Source of the DNA: Clostridia bacterium
Lineage (GTDB): Bacteria > Bacillota > Sulfobacillia > SLMV01
Reading direction: 5' to 3'
Length of the DNA: 63,590 bases
Assembly: GCA_003551365.1 (NCBI GenBank)
Contig: PUMM01000063.1
Coordinates: 1-63,590, forward strand
The translations under genes were made by a program, and so were the position numbers. The notes below the pieces were generated by a model. The model searched no databases and was not told the origin of the DNA. It saw only the letters and a program-made list of their open reading frames with translations. Positions 18,598 through 29,222 of this stretch are shown here, piece by piece. The first letter of the stretch is position 1, and every line of letters begins with the position of its first letter.

Positions 18598-19862
18598 GTA
18601 TGGGTGATCTGATGCAGAGGCTCCGCGAGGGCGCAGCGCACGCTGCGGAAGAGGCGCCGGCGGAGCCATATGGGTGGGAGGATGATGGCATTGAAGCAGT
18701 GGATGAGCGAGCGGTTCGCGCGGCACCCATCATTCAGAAGCGTGTACTGGAGTCGCACCGGGATCTGCTGGAGAAAGCCCGCAGTGAGCGCGGGGCGCGT
18801 GACAAACTGTACAGTCTGGTCAGTACACTCATGGCGGAGTGCTGCCCAACTTCCCGGCATCTGGCCGGGACGGCAGAGGATGTGGTTCGCCGCATAGCCG
18901 GGGATCTTCTGGGTTACGGGCCGATAACTGAGCTGCTGGGCGATGATCGGATCACGGAGATCATGGTCAACGGGCCGGAGGAGATCTGGGTGGAACTGTC
19001 CGGCGAGCTGCGCCACACGCGTCACCGCTTCCGCGATGCAAATCATCTCTATGATGTTCTCGAACGGATCTTTGCCCCGTCGGGGCGCCGCATAGATCTC
19101 GCCCATCCCTGGGCGGATGGCCGCCTGCCAGACGGCTCCCGGGCCCACGCCATTCTGCCGCCGCTGGCGGTCAGTGGTCCCTATCTAACCATCCGCAAGT
19201 TCAACCACGAGATGTTCGATCTGGAGGAGCTGGTGACCCGGGATACGTTGTCGAAACGGGCTGCTGAGTACCTGCAGAACGCCGTGCGCCGGGGCAGGAA
19301 CATACTGATTTCCGGGGCCGCCGGCACCGGCAAGACCACCCTGCTCAACGCTCTGTCCGCGCACATACCGCAGAGTGAGCGGGTGGTGAGCATTGAGGAT
19401 GCTGCGGAGCTCAAGCTGCAGCATCCGCATTGGCTTCACCTGGAGTCCCGCCTGCCCAATCCGGACGGCAGTGGGGAGATAACCATGCGCGAGCTGCTGC
19501 GCAATGCACTGCGGATGCGGCCCGACCGCATTCTGATCGGTGAGGTCCGCGGCCGGGAGGCTTTCGAGCTGCTCTCAGCGCTGACCACCGGGCACGCCGG
19601 GGCGCTCGCGACCGTGCATGCCGCCGGACCCGGGCACGCCCTGCGCCGGGTGGTGCATCTGGTGCAGATGGCCGAAACCGGCATTCCGTACGAGGTCATT
19701 CATGAACAGGTATGCGACGTGATAGATCTCGTCATTCATCTGCGGCGCAGCGCGGAGGGGCGCAGGTGGGTGGAGAGCGTGAGCGCCGTTGCGGTCGGGG
19801 AGCAGCCGGTATCTCCCGTCCGCGCTGCGTTGGCCGGGGAGAGCGGGGGTGAAGATGGATGA
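18594..19862 (+). CDS. cpaF: Tad/Flp pilus ATPase CpaF/TadA
   Basis: [47 protein letters not shown]. Confidence 0.93.
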   Translation: MSMGDLMQRLREGAAHAAEEAPAEPYGWEDDGIEAVDERAVRAAPIIQKRVLESHRDLLEKARSERGARDKLYSLVSTLMAECCPTSRHLAGTAEDVVRRIAGDLLGYGPITELLGDDRITEIMVNGPEEIWVELSGELRHTRHRFRDANHLYDVLERIFAPSGRRIDLAHPWADGRLPDGSRAHAILPPLAVSGPYLTIRKFNHEMFDLEELVTRDTLSKRAAEYLQNAVRRGRNILISGAAGTGKTTLLNALSAHIPQSERVVSIEDAAELKLQHPHWLHLESRLPNPDGSGEITMRELLRNALRMRPDRILIGEVRGREAFELLSALTTGHAGALATVHAAGPGHALRRVVHLVQMAETGIPYEVIHEQVCDVIDLVIHLRRSAEGRRWVESVSAVAVGEQPVSPVRAALAGESGGEDG

Positions 19863-20596
19863 ATGTGTCCCTGAGCACTGCCGGGTTGGCTCTGAGTATC
19901 GGCGGCCTGTCCGTGCTGATTCTGATGTGCGCGGTCGGTGCGCTGAGAGGGCGGTGGGATCGGCTGCAGAGTCTGGGCATGCGCTGGTATCAGAGCAGTG
20001 GGGTGAGTCTGCGGGTGAGCGGGTGGACCCGGCGGCGCATGCTGGAGCGTTTCGGGCGGGAGCTGGCCGGCGACCTGCCGATGCTGGTGCGGTGTGCTCG
20101 TTCGGGTTATGTGCCGCTGGAGGTGGTGCGCTTTGCCGGCAAGAATGCGGAGGGCACCCTGGTGCGCGAGGTGTTCGGCCGGGCCGCCGACCGTTTCGGG
20201 GTGGGCATGGGGCTGGAGGCCGCACTGTGGAGGGCCTATGAGGAGATGCCGCATCCCCTCTTCTTCCGGTTCATATCCGCCCTGCAGCTGGCGCGCCAGT
20301 CCGGAGGGGATGCCGCTCCCAGCCTGGAGGCGCTCGCCGATCTGGTGCGCTCGCAGAATCTGCTGCGGCAGGAGCTGGAGGAGGAGAGCGCCGAGGCTCG
20401 CTATTCGGCATTGTTGGTGGCTGCTCTTCCGCTGCTCATAACCGGCTACACCTATGCAGTTCGTCCGGATATGCTCGCTCCCCTGATGAGCGCACCCAGC
20501 GGACGTATGGCCGCCGGTTACGCCGCGGCCTCGTGGGTGATTGGACTGATTTATCTGAAGCGCATTGTCACGCAGGAGGAGGGGGAATGGCTGTGA
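19859..20596 (+). CDS. tadB: TadB-like membrane platform protein
   Basis: GspF-like domain after cpaF, with RQSGG and EARYSA followed by TM helices. Confidence 0.8.
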   Translation: MNVSLSTAGLALSIGGLSVLILMCAVGALRGRWDRLQSLGMRWYQSSGVSLRVSGWTRRRMLERFGRELAGDLPMLVRCARSGYVPLEVVRFAGKNAEGTLVREVFGRAADRFGVGMGLEAALWRAYEEMPHPLFFRFISALQLARQSGGDAAPSLEALADLVRSQNLLRQELEEESAEARYSALLVAALPLLITGYTYAVRPDMLAPLMSAPSGRMAAGYAAASWVIGLIYLKRIVTQEEGEWL

Positions 20597-21234
20597 GCGG
20601 AGTGTTTGCTGCCGTCACGTCGGCGGCTTTAGGCATATGTGCCGCCACCGTGCTGCTGGGACTGTCGGTCCGCCTGCGCCAGCTATCCTCCCCGGCCCGG
20701 TTGCTCACCGGAGCCCCCGGGCGACGCTCGGCTCCCGCTGCTCCCCGGGTGTTGGCAGGGTGGTGGGAGCGTCGGCGCGATGCCGCCCGTCGGCAGCGCT
20801 TCGACCGGGCAGTACTGGATTGGGTGGATCTTCTGCAGATGGCCGCCGCAGCCGGCATGACCCTGCAGTCGGCCGCATCCTACACCGCGCCCCTGGCGGA
20901 TTCTCCGCTGCGGGAGGCGCTGGTGCAGGTGGTGCGAAACAGCCGGGCCGGCGGATCGGCAGTGGCCCGATTGCACGAGACTCTGGATGAGGGCGGCGGG
21001 CAGGCCGCCGCGCAGGTTGCCCATCTGCTTTCGGACAGTGCGCGACGCGGACTCCCCCTGCGCGCCGCTCTGACCGGCCTGAAGGCGGATATGCTGCAGC
21101 AGCGCCGTCATTTGGCACGGAGGCGTCTGAAGACGGTGGGATTGAAGATTGCGGTGGGTACGGTACTGTTTCTGTTTCCCGCCGCATTTGTCGTGGTGAT
21201 CATGCCCAGCCTGTTGACTTTTTTCGGCTGGTGA
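20587..21234 (+). CDS. tadC: TadC-like membrane platform protein
   Basis: LDWVDLLQMAAAAGMTL, RRGLPL, C-terminal LFPAAFVVVIMP helix. Confidence 0.8.
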   Translation: MAVSGVFAAVTSAALGICAATVLLGLSVRLRQLSSPARLLTGAPGRRSAPAAPRVLAGWWERRRDAARRQRFDRAVLDWVDLLQMAAAAGMTLQSAASYTAPLADSPLREALVQVVRNSRAGGSAVARLHETLDEGGGQAAAQVAHLLSDSARRGLPLRAALTGLKADMLQQRRHLARRRLKTVGLKIAVGTVLFLFPAAFVVVIMPSLLTFFGW

Positions 21235-21265
21235 GGCATGTCGGGCATCCGGCGGGAGGGGGGGT

Positions 21266-21463
21266 ATGCACGTGCGCGACCGAATGCTGATGACTTACCT
21301 GCAGGTGCGGCAGATGATGCGGGGTGAGCGCGGAGCGACCACGGCGGAGTACGCCCTGATTCTGGCCCTGGTGGTGGTGGCTCTTATCACAACACTCGAA
21401 CTTCTGGGTGCGGAGCTCGTGTCACAGATCGACAACATCACTGAACAACTGCAAGTGGACTGA
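21266..21463 (+). CDS. flp: Flp family type IVb pilin
   Basis: Prepilin site RG|ATTAEYALIL followed by a hydrophobic helix; 65 aa. Confidence 0.92.
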   Translation: MHVRDRMLMTYLQVRQMMRGERGATTAEYALILALVVVALITTLELLGAELVSQIDNITEQLQVD

Positions 21464-21542
21464 CCGGAATAGGCGACCGACACAATGCAGCCAGCGGGGC
21501 GGTGCGGACACCGGATCGCCCCGCAGACGGGAGGGCAATGCC

Positions 21543-21959
21543 GTGGGAGGGAGATTATCGCTGGGCGAGCAGCGCGGGGCGGTCATAGCCGAGTTCGCAC
21601 TGGTCTTCGGAATTCTGTTTCTGCTTCTGATGTTGTGCCTGGAGGTGGGATTGATGGTGGAGGCGCAGCTGGTTCTGTCCAGTGCCGCACGTGAGGGCGG
21701 GCGGCAGGCTGCGGTGGATGGCGGGTGGTCTACAGCGGTGGGGGATAGAATCGAGGAGATCTCCGCCATGGGTGGTCTGGATGTCGAGGAGCTGCACATC
21801 AACGTGCAGCCCAATCGGGCCGTCTACGGTCGCCCGATTGATGTGTGTCTGACCTATCCGTATCGCATCCGCACGGAGATGCTGCGCCGGGTGGCGCCAT
21901 CCGTGGTGGATCTGCGCGCCGAGGTGGTGACGCGCAGTGAGCGCCTGGATGATGATTGA
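21543..21959 (+). CDS. tadE: TadE-like pseudopilin
   Basis: RG|AVIAEFALV...AAREGGR motif. Confidence 0.88.
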   Translation: MGGRLSLGEQRGAVIAEFALVFGILFLLLMLCLEVGLMVEAQLVLSSAAREGGRQAAVDGGWSTAVGDRIEEISAMGGLDVEELHINVQPNRAVYGRPIDVCLTYPYRIRTEMLRRVAPSVVDLRAEVVTRSERLDDD

Positions 21960-22428
21960 ATCGCGCCGCGGGGCGGCCGCTGCCCTGGTGATTTTGTGGA
22001 TCCCGGTCCTGCTCACCGCCGCGGCCGTGGCGGTGGAGACGGGGCGGCTGCTGTCCGCCCGGTATGAACTGCAGGCGGCCATGGATCTGGCTGCGTTGGC
22101 CGGAGCGCAGTCCGTGGACTGGGATGCGCTGGCCGAGGGGCATGTGGTGCTGTGTGAGGACGAGGCGGCGGCAAAAGCCCTTCAATACGCTGAGCAGAAT
22201 GTGATAAACTTATCCGGCGAGGAGCCGGGCAGTGTCGAGGTGTGGGTCATAAACACCTCCGAGGACGATCCGGCGCTTCACCCGATCACCGGGGCTGAGG
22301 TTCAGCATCCCACTGTGGTGGTGCGATGCGAGGCTCCCGGACCGGAGAGCTGGTTTGATCTGTGGCGCCACCCCATCACCCTGGTGGCGGAGGCGGACGC
22401 CGCTCTTCGTCCCCGGGAGGATGGGTGA
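21937..22428 (+). CDS. TadG-like pseudopilin
   Basis: RG|AAAALV...VETGR...LQAAMDLAALAGA (Tad N-terminal motif). Confidence 0.82.
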   Translation: MSAWMMIESRRGAAAALVILWIPVLLTAAAVAVETGRLLSARYELQAAMDLAALAGAQSVDWDALAEGHVVLCEDEAAAKALQYAEQNVINLSGEEPGSVEVWVINTSEDDPALHPITGAEVQHPTVVVRCEAPGPESWFDLWRHPITLVAEADAALRPREDG

Positions 22429-22453
22429 CAGCCCGGTGCGGGGACGATAAACT
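22425..22453 (+). promoter_or_regulatory. Putative sigma-A promoter of the gcv leader
   Basis: GTGACA-N17-TAAACT just upstream of the riboswitch. Confidence 0.45.
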
Positions 22454-22470
22454 GACAGATGAATAGCACC

Positions 22471-22641
22471 GGATGAAGACTGCGGGAGAGTCGGGCTCAG
22501 GCCCGCACCGAAGGGGGCAAAACTCTCAGGTTTCCGTACCGCAGTTGGACGGGTCTCTGGAGAGATCCGCCGTAGGGCGGGCACCGAAGGAGTAAACCGG
22601 CTGGGCCGGTGAATCTCTCAGGTATCCGGGACAGAGGGGTC
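22471..22641 (+). ncRNA. Tandem glycine riboswitch
   Basis: Two aptamers each with GGAGAG...CACCGAAGG...CTCTCAGGT, a GGAC linker and a GGATGA leader; upstream of gcvT. Confidence 0.95.
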
Positions 22642-22669
22642 GCTCAGGTGACCTGCTCTGTCCTTTTTT
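22629..22669 (+). terminator. Riboswitch-controlled intrinsic terminator (ON switch)
   Basis: GGACAGAG...CTCTGTCC followed by T6; its 5' arm is the 3' strand of aptamer 2. Confidence 0.8.
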
Positions 22670-22783
22670 CTGGATTGCCCACACCCGGGTTGTGATATGA
22701 TGAGGTGGGACTTAATGGACCCGGGAGGGCGAGGATGGTGCGCGACGACCAGGTGTGAGTGAGTCTGTGGAGGTGATGATCAG

Positions 22784-23893
22784 TTGGATTTGGACGAGCT
22801 GAAGAAGACCCCTCTGTTTGAGTGTCACCAGCAATACGGTGGAAAGATCGTGGACTTTGGCGGTTGGGCCCTGCCCGTTCAGTACACCGGCATAATTGAG
22901 GAACATGTGGCGGTACGGGAGAGTGCGGGTCTGTTTGATGTCTCGCACATGGGAGAAATCCGCGTGTGCGGGCCGCAGGCACTGGACCTGGTGGACTATC
23001 TGCTGACCAATGACGTGACCCGGGTGTCCATCGACCAGGTGCAGTACAGCCCGATGTGCTATCCGGACGGTGGAGTGGTCGACGATCTGATTACCTATCG
23101 TCTCGATGAGGATGAATTTCTGCTGGTGGTCAATGCGGCGAACAAGGACAAGGATTATGAATGGATCATCGACAAGGCGGACGATTTCGACGTCACGGTG
23201 ACGGATGAGTCGGACGATACGGCGCTGTTGGCCATTCAGGGACCGCGCGCCGAGGACATTCTGGGCCGGGTGACGGATGAGGCTCTGGGCGACATCAAGT
23301 TCTTCCGGTTGCGCACCGGCGCGGATGTGGCGGGCCATGAAGCCATGCTGTCCCGCACCGGTTACACCGGCGAGGACGGATTCGAAGTGTACTGCCGGCC
23401 GAAGGCGGCACCGGAGATCTTCGCGGCGCTCATGGACGCGGCCGAGGAGGGCGAGCTGGTTCCGGCCGGTCTGGGAGCGCGCGATACTCTGCGTTTCGAG
23501 GCCTGCCTCCCGCTGTATGGGCAGGAGCTTGCACCCGACATCAATCCCCTGGAGGCCAATCTGGGCTTCTTTGTGAAGCTGGATGCGGGCGATTTCGTGG
23601 GTCGGGACGCCCTGCGCCGCGTGCGAGATGAGGGTATCGAGCGCAAACTGGTCGGTTTTGAGATGATGGATCGGGGCATTCCCCGCACCAACTACCCCAT
23701 TTTTGACTCCGAAGGCCGCGAGGTGGGACACGTGAGCAGCGGCTCGCACAGCCCCACTCTGGGGAAGAATGTGGGCCTGGGTTTCGTGCGTACCGACCTG
23801 GCAGAAGAGGGTACAGACTTGCAGATAGGCGTCCGCAACCGTAAGCTGGACGCGGTAATCGTTGAGACTCCATTTTACTCCCGGAAAGGATGA
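22784..23893 (+). CDS. gcvT: Glycine cleavage aminomethyltransferase
   Basis: LFDVSHMGEI, SRTGYTGEDGFE, GLGARDTLRFEA. Confidence 0.97.
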   Translation: MDLDELKKTPLFECHQQYGGKIVDFGGWALPVQYTGIIEEHVAVRESAGLFDVSHMGEIRVCGPQALDLVDYLLTNDVTRVSIDQVQYSPMCYPDGGVVDDLITYRLDEDEFLLVVNAANKDKDYEWIIDKADDFDVTVTDESDDTALLAIQGPRAEDILGRVTDEALGDIKFFRLRTGADVAGHEAMLSRTGYTGEDGFEVYCRPKAAPEIFAALMDAAEEGELVPAGLGARDTLRFEACLPLYGQELAPDINPLEANLGFFVKLDAGDFVGRDALRRVRDEGIERKLVGFEMMDRGIPRTNYPIFDSEGREVGHVSSGSHSPTLGKNVGLGFVRTDLAEEGTDLQIGVRNRKLDAVIVETPFYSRKG

Positions 23894-24273
23894 GTGTGAT
23901 GTATCCAGAGGATCTCCTTTACACAGAAAACCACGAGTGGATTCGTGCTGACAACGGAACCGGTACAGTGGGTATCAGCAACTATGCCGTGGAGCAGCTG
24001 GGCGACCTGGTGTTCGTTGAACTGCCGGAAGAGGGAGACGAGTTCGGCCAGGGTGACTCCTTCGGGGTCATCGAGTCCGTGAAGGCGGTCGCCGACTTCT
24101 ACATGCCGGTGGGTGGCGAGATTACCGAGGTCAACGAGGAGCTGCTGGATGCTCCGGAGGTCATCAGCGAGGACCCGTATGGTGACGGCTGGATCATAAA
24201 GGTCGATATCGCCGACGAATCCGAGCTGGACGACCTGATGAACTCAGAGGATTACCAGGATACGCTGGAGTAA
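23890..24273 (+). CDS. gcvH: Glycine cleavage H protein
   Basis: HEW, LGDLVFVELP, lipoyl-lysine motif IESVKAV, DPYGDGW. Confidence 0.97.
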   Translation: MSVMYPEDLLYTENHEWIRADNGTGTVGISNYAVEQLGDLVFVELPEEGDEFGQGDSFGVIESVKAVADFYMPVGGEITEVNEELLDAPEVISEDPYGDGWIIKVDIADESELDDLMNSEDYQDTLE

Positions 24274-24298
24274 AATCTCCTTCTGATTGGGTGATCAA

Positions 24299-25648
24299 AT
24301 GAGCTATATTCCCAATACTGATGAGAACCGTCGGGAGATGCTCGACGCCATAGGCGTCGAGTCTATAGATGACCTGTTTGCTGGCATCCCCGAGGCCGTA
24401 CGTTTCCGCGGTGATATGGATCTGCCATCGGCGATGTCGGAGATGGAACTGGTAAAACATATGGCGGAACTGGCGGGGAAGAACCTCAGCACCGATGAGT
24501 ACGTGTGCTTTCTCGGTGCCGGGGCGTATGACCACTTCCTGCCGTCAGTGGTGGATCACATCCTCTCGCGCGAGGAGTTCTACACCGCCTACACCCCGTA
24601 CCAGCCGGAAGTGAGTCAGGGCACGCTGCAGAGCATATTCGAGTTTCAGACCATGATCAGCGAGCTGACCGGAATGGACGTGGCCAACGCCTCCATGTAC
24701 GATGGCGCCACCACAGTAATGGAGGCCGCCCTGATGGCCGGCCGCCTGGTGCGCCGCGGGGGCAACCGCGTGCTCATCTCTGAATCGGTGCATCCTGAGT
24801 ACCGCCGGGTTCTCGAGACCTATCTCTGCAGCCTGGAATGGGAGATGGTGGAGATACCCATGGTCGAAGGGGTGACAGATCTGGATGCACTCCGCCGCGA
24901 GGCGGATGATGAGACGCTGACCGTCATCGTGCAGAATCCGAACTTCTTCGGCCTGCTGGAGCCCGTGGATGAGATCGGTTCGGTGGTGGACAATGCCGGT
25001 AAGGCCATGTTTACCGTGGCCTGCGATCCCATCTCGCTCGGTCTGCTCAAGCCCCCCTCTGAGTCCGGCGCGGACATTGTGGTGGGCGAGGGGCAGTCCC
25101 TGGGCAACCCCCTCAGCTTCGGTGGCCCCTATCTGGGGTTCTTTGCCGCCGGCTCCAAGCACATCCGCCGCATGCCCGGGCGGATCATCAGCGAGACCGT
25201 GGACGAGGACGGCGTGCGGGGATACGTCATGAGCATGCAGACGCGCGAGCAGCACATCCGTCGCGCCCGGGCCACGTCCAACATCTGCACCAACGAGGCC
25301 CTCAATGCCCTGGCCGCCACAGTGTATCTCAGCCTCATGGGCAAGACCGGGCTGCGCGAGGTGGCCGAACAGTCGCTGCAGAAGGCCCACTACGCCGCGC
25401 AGGCCATCGACGCGCTGGACGGATTCTCCCTGCAGTACGATCAACCCTTCTTCAAGGAATTCGTGGTGCAGTGTGAGCGTCCCGCCGCCGAGGTCGTGCA
25501 GTCCATGCTGGAGCACAACATCCTGGCGGGGGTGGACCTTGGTCGCTTCTACCCCGACATGGACCACAGTCTGCTGGTGGCGGTCACGGAGAAGAGAACC
25601 AGAGAAGAGATCGACGAGCTTGCTGCGCGGCTGGAGGGATCGGCATGA
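24299..25648 (+). CDS. gcvPA: Glycine dehydrogenase subunit 1
   Basis: [36 protein letters not shown]. Confidence 0.97.
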   Translation: MSYIPNTDENRREMLDAIGVESIDDLFAGIPEAVRFRGDMDLPSAMSEMELVKHMAELAGKNLSTDEYVCFLGAGAYDHFLPSVVDHILSREEFYTAYTPYQPEVSQGTLQSIFEFQTMISELTGMDVANASMYDGATTVMEAALMAGRLVRRGGNRVLISESVHPEYRRVLETYLCSLEWEMVEIPMVEGVTDLDALRREADDETLTVIVQNPNFFGLLEPVDEIGSVVDNAGKAMFTVACDPISLGLLKPPSESGADIVVGEGQSLGNPLSFGGPYLGFFAAGSKHIRRMPGRIISETVDEDGVRGYVMSMQTREQHIRRARATSNICTNEALNALAATVYLSLMGKTGLREVAEQSLQKAHYAAQAIDALDGFSLQYDQPFFKEFVVQCERPAAEVVQSMLEHNILAGVDLGRFYPDMDHSLLVAVTEKRTREEIDELAARLEGSA

Positions 25649-27138
25649 GCGATGAGAAGAATGGAGTTGCGGTGAAGGAACCCCTGATTTTCGAGCTCAG
25701 CTCGCCCGGCCGCACCGGCTATTCCCTGCCGGAGCTGGACGTGCCCGCCGAGCCCCTGGAGGATCTGGTTCCCGAAGATATGATCCGGGAAGAGCCCCCG
25801 GAGATTCCGGAGGTTTCCGAGGTTGATGTGGTGCGGCATTTCGTGCGGTTGTCGCAGATGAACCACGGGGTGGACACCGGATTCTATCCCCTCGGGTCGT
25901 GCACGATGAAGTACAATCCGAAGGTAAACGAGGACGTGGCGCGACTGCCGGGCTTCGCCGGTCTACACCCGTACCAGCCGCGCGAGATGGTGCAGGGCGC
26001 CCTGCAGCTTTTGTACGACATGGGCGAGTATCTCAAGGAGATGGCCGGCCTCGGGCATGTGACATTCCAGCCGGCCGCCGGTGCGCACGGTGAGATCACC
26101 GGTCTGTTTCTGGTGCAGGCCTATCATCGGGCCCGCGGCGAGGAGCGGAGCAAGGTGATTATCCCCGACTCCGCGCACGGCACCAACCCCGCATCGGGAG
26201 TCATGGCCGGCTACACCGTGGTCGAGGTTCCCTCAGATGAGCGGGGCGATGTGGATCTCGCAGCGCTGGAAGAGATGATGGACGATGACGTGGCCGCTCT
26301 CATGCTGACCAACCCCAGCACGCTGGGGCTGTACGATGAAAACATCCAGCAGATCGCGGAAATGGTGCACGACTGCGGCGGGCTCCTATACTACGATGGG
26401 GCCAATGCCAACGCCATCCTGGGCTATTCCCGCCCGGGTGACATGGGATTTGACATTGTCCACTACAACCTGCACAAGACCTTCAGCGCCCCGCATGGGG
26501 GCGGCGGTCCCGGATCGGGACCCATCGTGGTGAGCGATGAGCTGGCTCCGTATCTCCCCGTGCCGCTGGTGGAACGCGACGGAGACGACTATTACCTGGA
26601 CTATGACCGACCGGAGACCATCGGCCAGGTGCGGTCGATGTACGGCAACTTCGGTGTGGTCGTCAAGTCCTACGCCTACATCCGCAAGATGGGGCCGGAC
26701 GGCCTGAAGAAGGTCAGCCAGGATGCGGTGCTCAACGCCAATTACCTGCAGGAATCGCTGAAGGGACACTACCAGCTGGACTTCGACCGGACCTGCATGC
26801 ACGAGTTCGTCCTGTCCGGCAGCAACCTGAAGAAGGAATATGGAGTGGCCACGGTGGACGTCGCCAAGGCGCTGCTCGATTACGGTCTGCACCCGCCCAC
26901 GGTCTACTTCCCGCTCATCGTCGATGAGTCTCTCATGATCGAGCCCACTGAGACGGAGAGCAAGGAGACCCTGGATGCGTTCATCGAGGCCATGATTGAC
27001 ATTGCCGGACGCGCGGCGGAGGACCCGGATGACCTGCACGGCGCACCCAGGCATACGCCCGTGCGTCGTCTGGATGAGGTCACCGCATCCCGTCGCCCCG
27101 TGGTTCGGTGGTACCCGGAGGAAGACGCAGATGCCTGA
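25645..27138 (+). CDS. gcvPB: Glycine dehydrogenase subunit 2
   Basis: [22 protein letters not shown]-lysine motif [19 protein letters not shown]. Confidence 0.97.
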   Translation: MSDEKNGVAVKEPLIFELSSPGRTGYSLPELDVPAEPLEDLVPEDMIREEPPEIPEVSEVDVVRHFVRLSQMNHGVDTGFYPLGSCTMKYNPKVNEDVARLPGFAGLHPYQPREMVQGALQLLYDMGEYLKEMAGLGHVTFQPAAGAHGEITGLFLVQAYHRARGEERSKVIIPDSAHGTNPASGVMAGYTVVEVPSDERGDVDLAALEEMMDDDVAALMLTNPSTLGLYDENIQQIAEMVHDCGGLLYYDGANANAILGYSRPGDMGFDIVHYNLHKTFSAPHGGGGPGSGPIVVSDELAPYLPVPLVERDGDDYYLDYDRPETIGQVRSMYGNFGVVVKSYAYIRKMGPDGLKKVSQDAVLNANYLQESLKGHYQLDFDRTCMHEFVLSGSNLKKEYGVATVDVAKALLDYGLHPPTVYFPLIVDESLMIEPTETESKETLDAFIEAMIDIAGRAAEDPDDLHGAPRHTPVRRLDEVTASRRPVVRWYPEEDADA

Positions 27139-28198
27139 CAGGGCAGATAATCGAGGAGCGGTGCTGCGCGCATCGCTCCTCGACGCCATTGTCTCCGAGT
27201 TGAAGACTGGGAGGTATCCCGGCGGCCCGGAGGTCGCCGCCGAGCGCGATTCCTTCGTGCGCCTTCTCAGCGAGCGGGAGAGTGCGGGGGTCGATACTCA
27301 CTCCTCCTTTTTATTCGTGTTTCCGGAGAATACGGAAAGCATATCGGTCACCGGAGACGAGTGTGCTCTGGACTGTGCGCACTGCGGGGGTCACTACCTG
27401 CGGCAGATGACTCCCCTCGATGATGTGGTCGCCCGCATGGAGGATCCCGATAGCCAGCTGCCCTCGAGCCTGCTGATCAGCGGTGGCTGCGATGGAGGCG
27501 GCAGGGTGCCGCTTCCCCCCGCGTCACTGCTGCGCCATATGGCGGAGCATTTCCGACTGAACCTGCACGTGGGGTTGGCGGACGATGGCCAGATGGCAGC
27601 GGCGGCCCGATTTGCCGATGCCGTGTCGTTCGACATGGTGGGTTCAGATCGAACCATCCGGCGGGTTATGGGATTGCGGCACGGGTTCAGCGACTACCTG
27701 CATTCATTCCGCCGCATGCAGCGGCAGCTCCCCCGGGGAGTTGAAGTGGTCCCGCACATCGTGGCCGGCCTGGACGGAGGAGAGATGTGCGGCGAATACG
27801 GGATGGTGGATGCCCTGGCGAATGATCCCCCCGGCGCACTGGTGCTGCTGGTGCTGCGGCCCACCCCGGGCACCCGTTTTGCTTCTGCCATGCCCCCGCC
27901 GCTGGCTGAAGTGGCAGATCTCATGCGGCACATGCGACGCCGGCTGCCGAAGACGCAGCTGCACCTGGGGTGCATGCGTCCTTCCGGCATGTATCGTCCT
28001 GCACTGGATCTTGTGGCCGCTGCCTGTGATTTTGACGTTCTTGTGCAGCCGACGCAGCGGGTCCGGCGTCTGCTGGTGGATATCGTCGGCCCCGGGGGCA
28101 TCCACTGGGCCGATGAATGCTGCGCGCTCTTCGCCGGAGCTGAACGGCCCCGGGGCCGTTTCTCCACTCTGCGCGAGTTTCGCGCGACCGACCGTTGA
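27131..28198 (+). CDS. lipS1: Radical SAM lipoyl synthase subunit, LipS1 type
   Basis: [12 protein letters not shown] (CX3CX2C), GCMR motif and C-terminal ECC motif; inside the gcv operon. Confidence 0.8.
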   Translation: MPDRADNRGAVLRASLLDAIVSELKTGRYPGGPEVAAERDSFVRLLSERESAGVDTHSSFLFVFPENTESISVTGDECALDCAHCGGHYLRQMTPLDDVVARMEDPDSQLPSSLLISGGCDGGGRVPLPPASLLRHMAEHFRLNLHVGLADDGQMAAAARFADAVSFDMVGSDRTIRRVMGLRHGFSDYLHSFRRMQRQLPRGVEVVPHIVAGLDGGEMCGEYGMVDALANDPPGALVLLVLRPTPGTRFASAMPPPLAEVADLMRHMRRRLPKTQLHLGCMRPSGMYRPALDLVAAACDFDVLVQPTQRVRRLLVDIVGPGGIHWADECCALFAGAERPRGRFSTLREFRATDR

Positions 28199-28226
28199 AG
28201 CATGTTGCTGAGAGGATGAGGTTGCC

Positions 28227-29222
28227 TTGGAGATAAAGGCTTCACTGGGAACGGCGCAGGCCCTCGGACTGACCGACGCCCGGGTGGACGCAGCGGCGAC
28301 TGCCGCCCATTTTATGGTGGGGGAGGAGTGCGGCTACTCCTGTGCGTTTTGTGCTCAGGGCCGAGACAGCAGTTCCTCCCGCCGCTACCTGTCCCGCGTC
28401 AGCTGGCCCTCCTATCCCATCGAGCGCGCGGTGGAGGAGCTGGTGCGGGCCCACCGGCGGGGAGATATACTGCGGGCCTGCCTGCAGGTGGTGCACGGCG
28501 GGAACTACCGCGTCGTTCTCGAGCGGTTCTTCCACCTGCTGCACCAGCACAGCCAGCCGGTGCCCGTTTCCGTGAATGGTGTGGTGGACACCCTGAGTGA
28601 TGCGGGCAGGTTGTTTGCTCTGGGGGCGGAGCGGATCGGATTGGCCCTCGATGCCGCCACCCCCGAGCTGTTCGGAAGGTACAAGCGGAGATCTCCTGCC
28701 GACTGGGTGGGCCGGGTAGAGCTTTTGCAGGAGCTGGCCGCGGGCCATCCCGGCAGGATTTCCACCCATCTGATTATCGGCCTGGGTGAGACCGAGCGCG
28801 ACGCCCTCGAGCTGGTACAGCTTATGACCGATGCAGGGGTTAGTGTGGCCCTGTTTGCCTTCACGCCGGTGCGGGGAACGCCGCTGGAGGATCATCCGCA
28901 GCCGCCCATGGATCAGTACCGGAGGATACAGCTGGCCTCGCACCTCATATCGCGCGGGCGGCTGCAGGTGCACGACATAGTTTTCGGGGAATGGGAGCAT
29001 GTGCTGTCCATTCCCGGGGCGGCACTGGATCAGGAGGCGCTGCAGGGTGAGCCGTTTCGGACCACCGGTTGCTGGGGCTGCAATCGTCCCTATTACAATG
29101 AACGTCCCGGACAGGAACCATACAATTACCCGCGGCCGTTGACGCCGGCCGAAGCCCGACATGCCCTGCGCACGGCCGGCTGCCTGCCGGGCGCCGGCCG
29201 TTCGGAGGTGGCCGAATCATGA
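28227..29222 (+). CDS. lipS2: Radical SAM lipoyl synthase subunit, LipS2 type
   Basis: CGYSCAFCAQ, LSRVSWP, and TTGCWGCNRPYYNE matching TxGCPxC[ND]RP except W for P. Confidence 0.8.
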   Translation: MEIKASLGTAQALGLTDARVDAAATAAHFMVGEECGYSCAFCAQGRDSSSSRRYLSRVSWPSYPIERAVEELVRAHRRGDILRACLQVVHGGNYRVVLERFFHLLHQHSQPVPVSVNGVVDTLSDAGRLFALGAERIGLALDAATPELFGRYKRRSPADWVGRVELLQELAAGHPGRISTHLIIGLGETERDALELVQLMTDAGVSVALFAFTPVRGTPLEDHPQPPMDQYRRIQLASHLISRGRLQVHDIVFGEWEHVLSIPGAALDQEALQGEPFRTTGCWGCNRPYYNERPGQEPYNYPRPLTPAEARHALRTAGCLPGAGRSEVAES

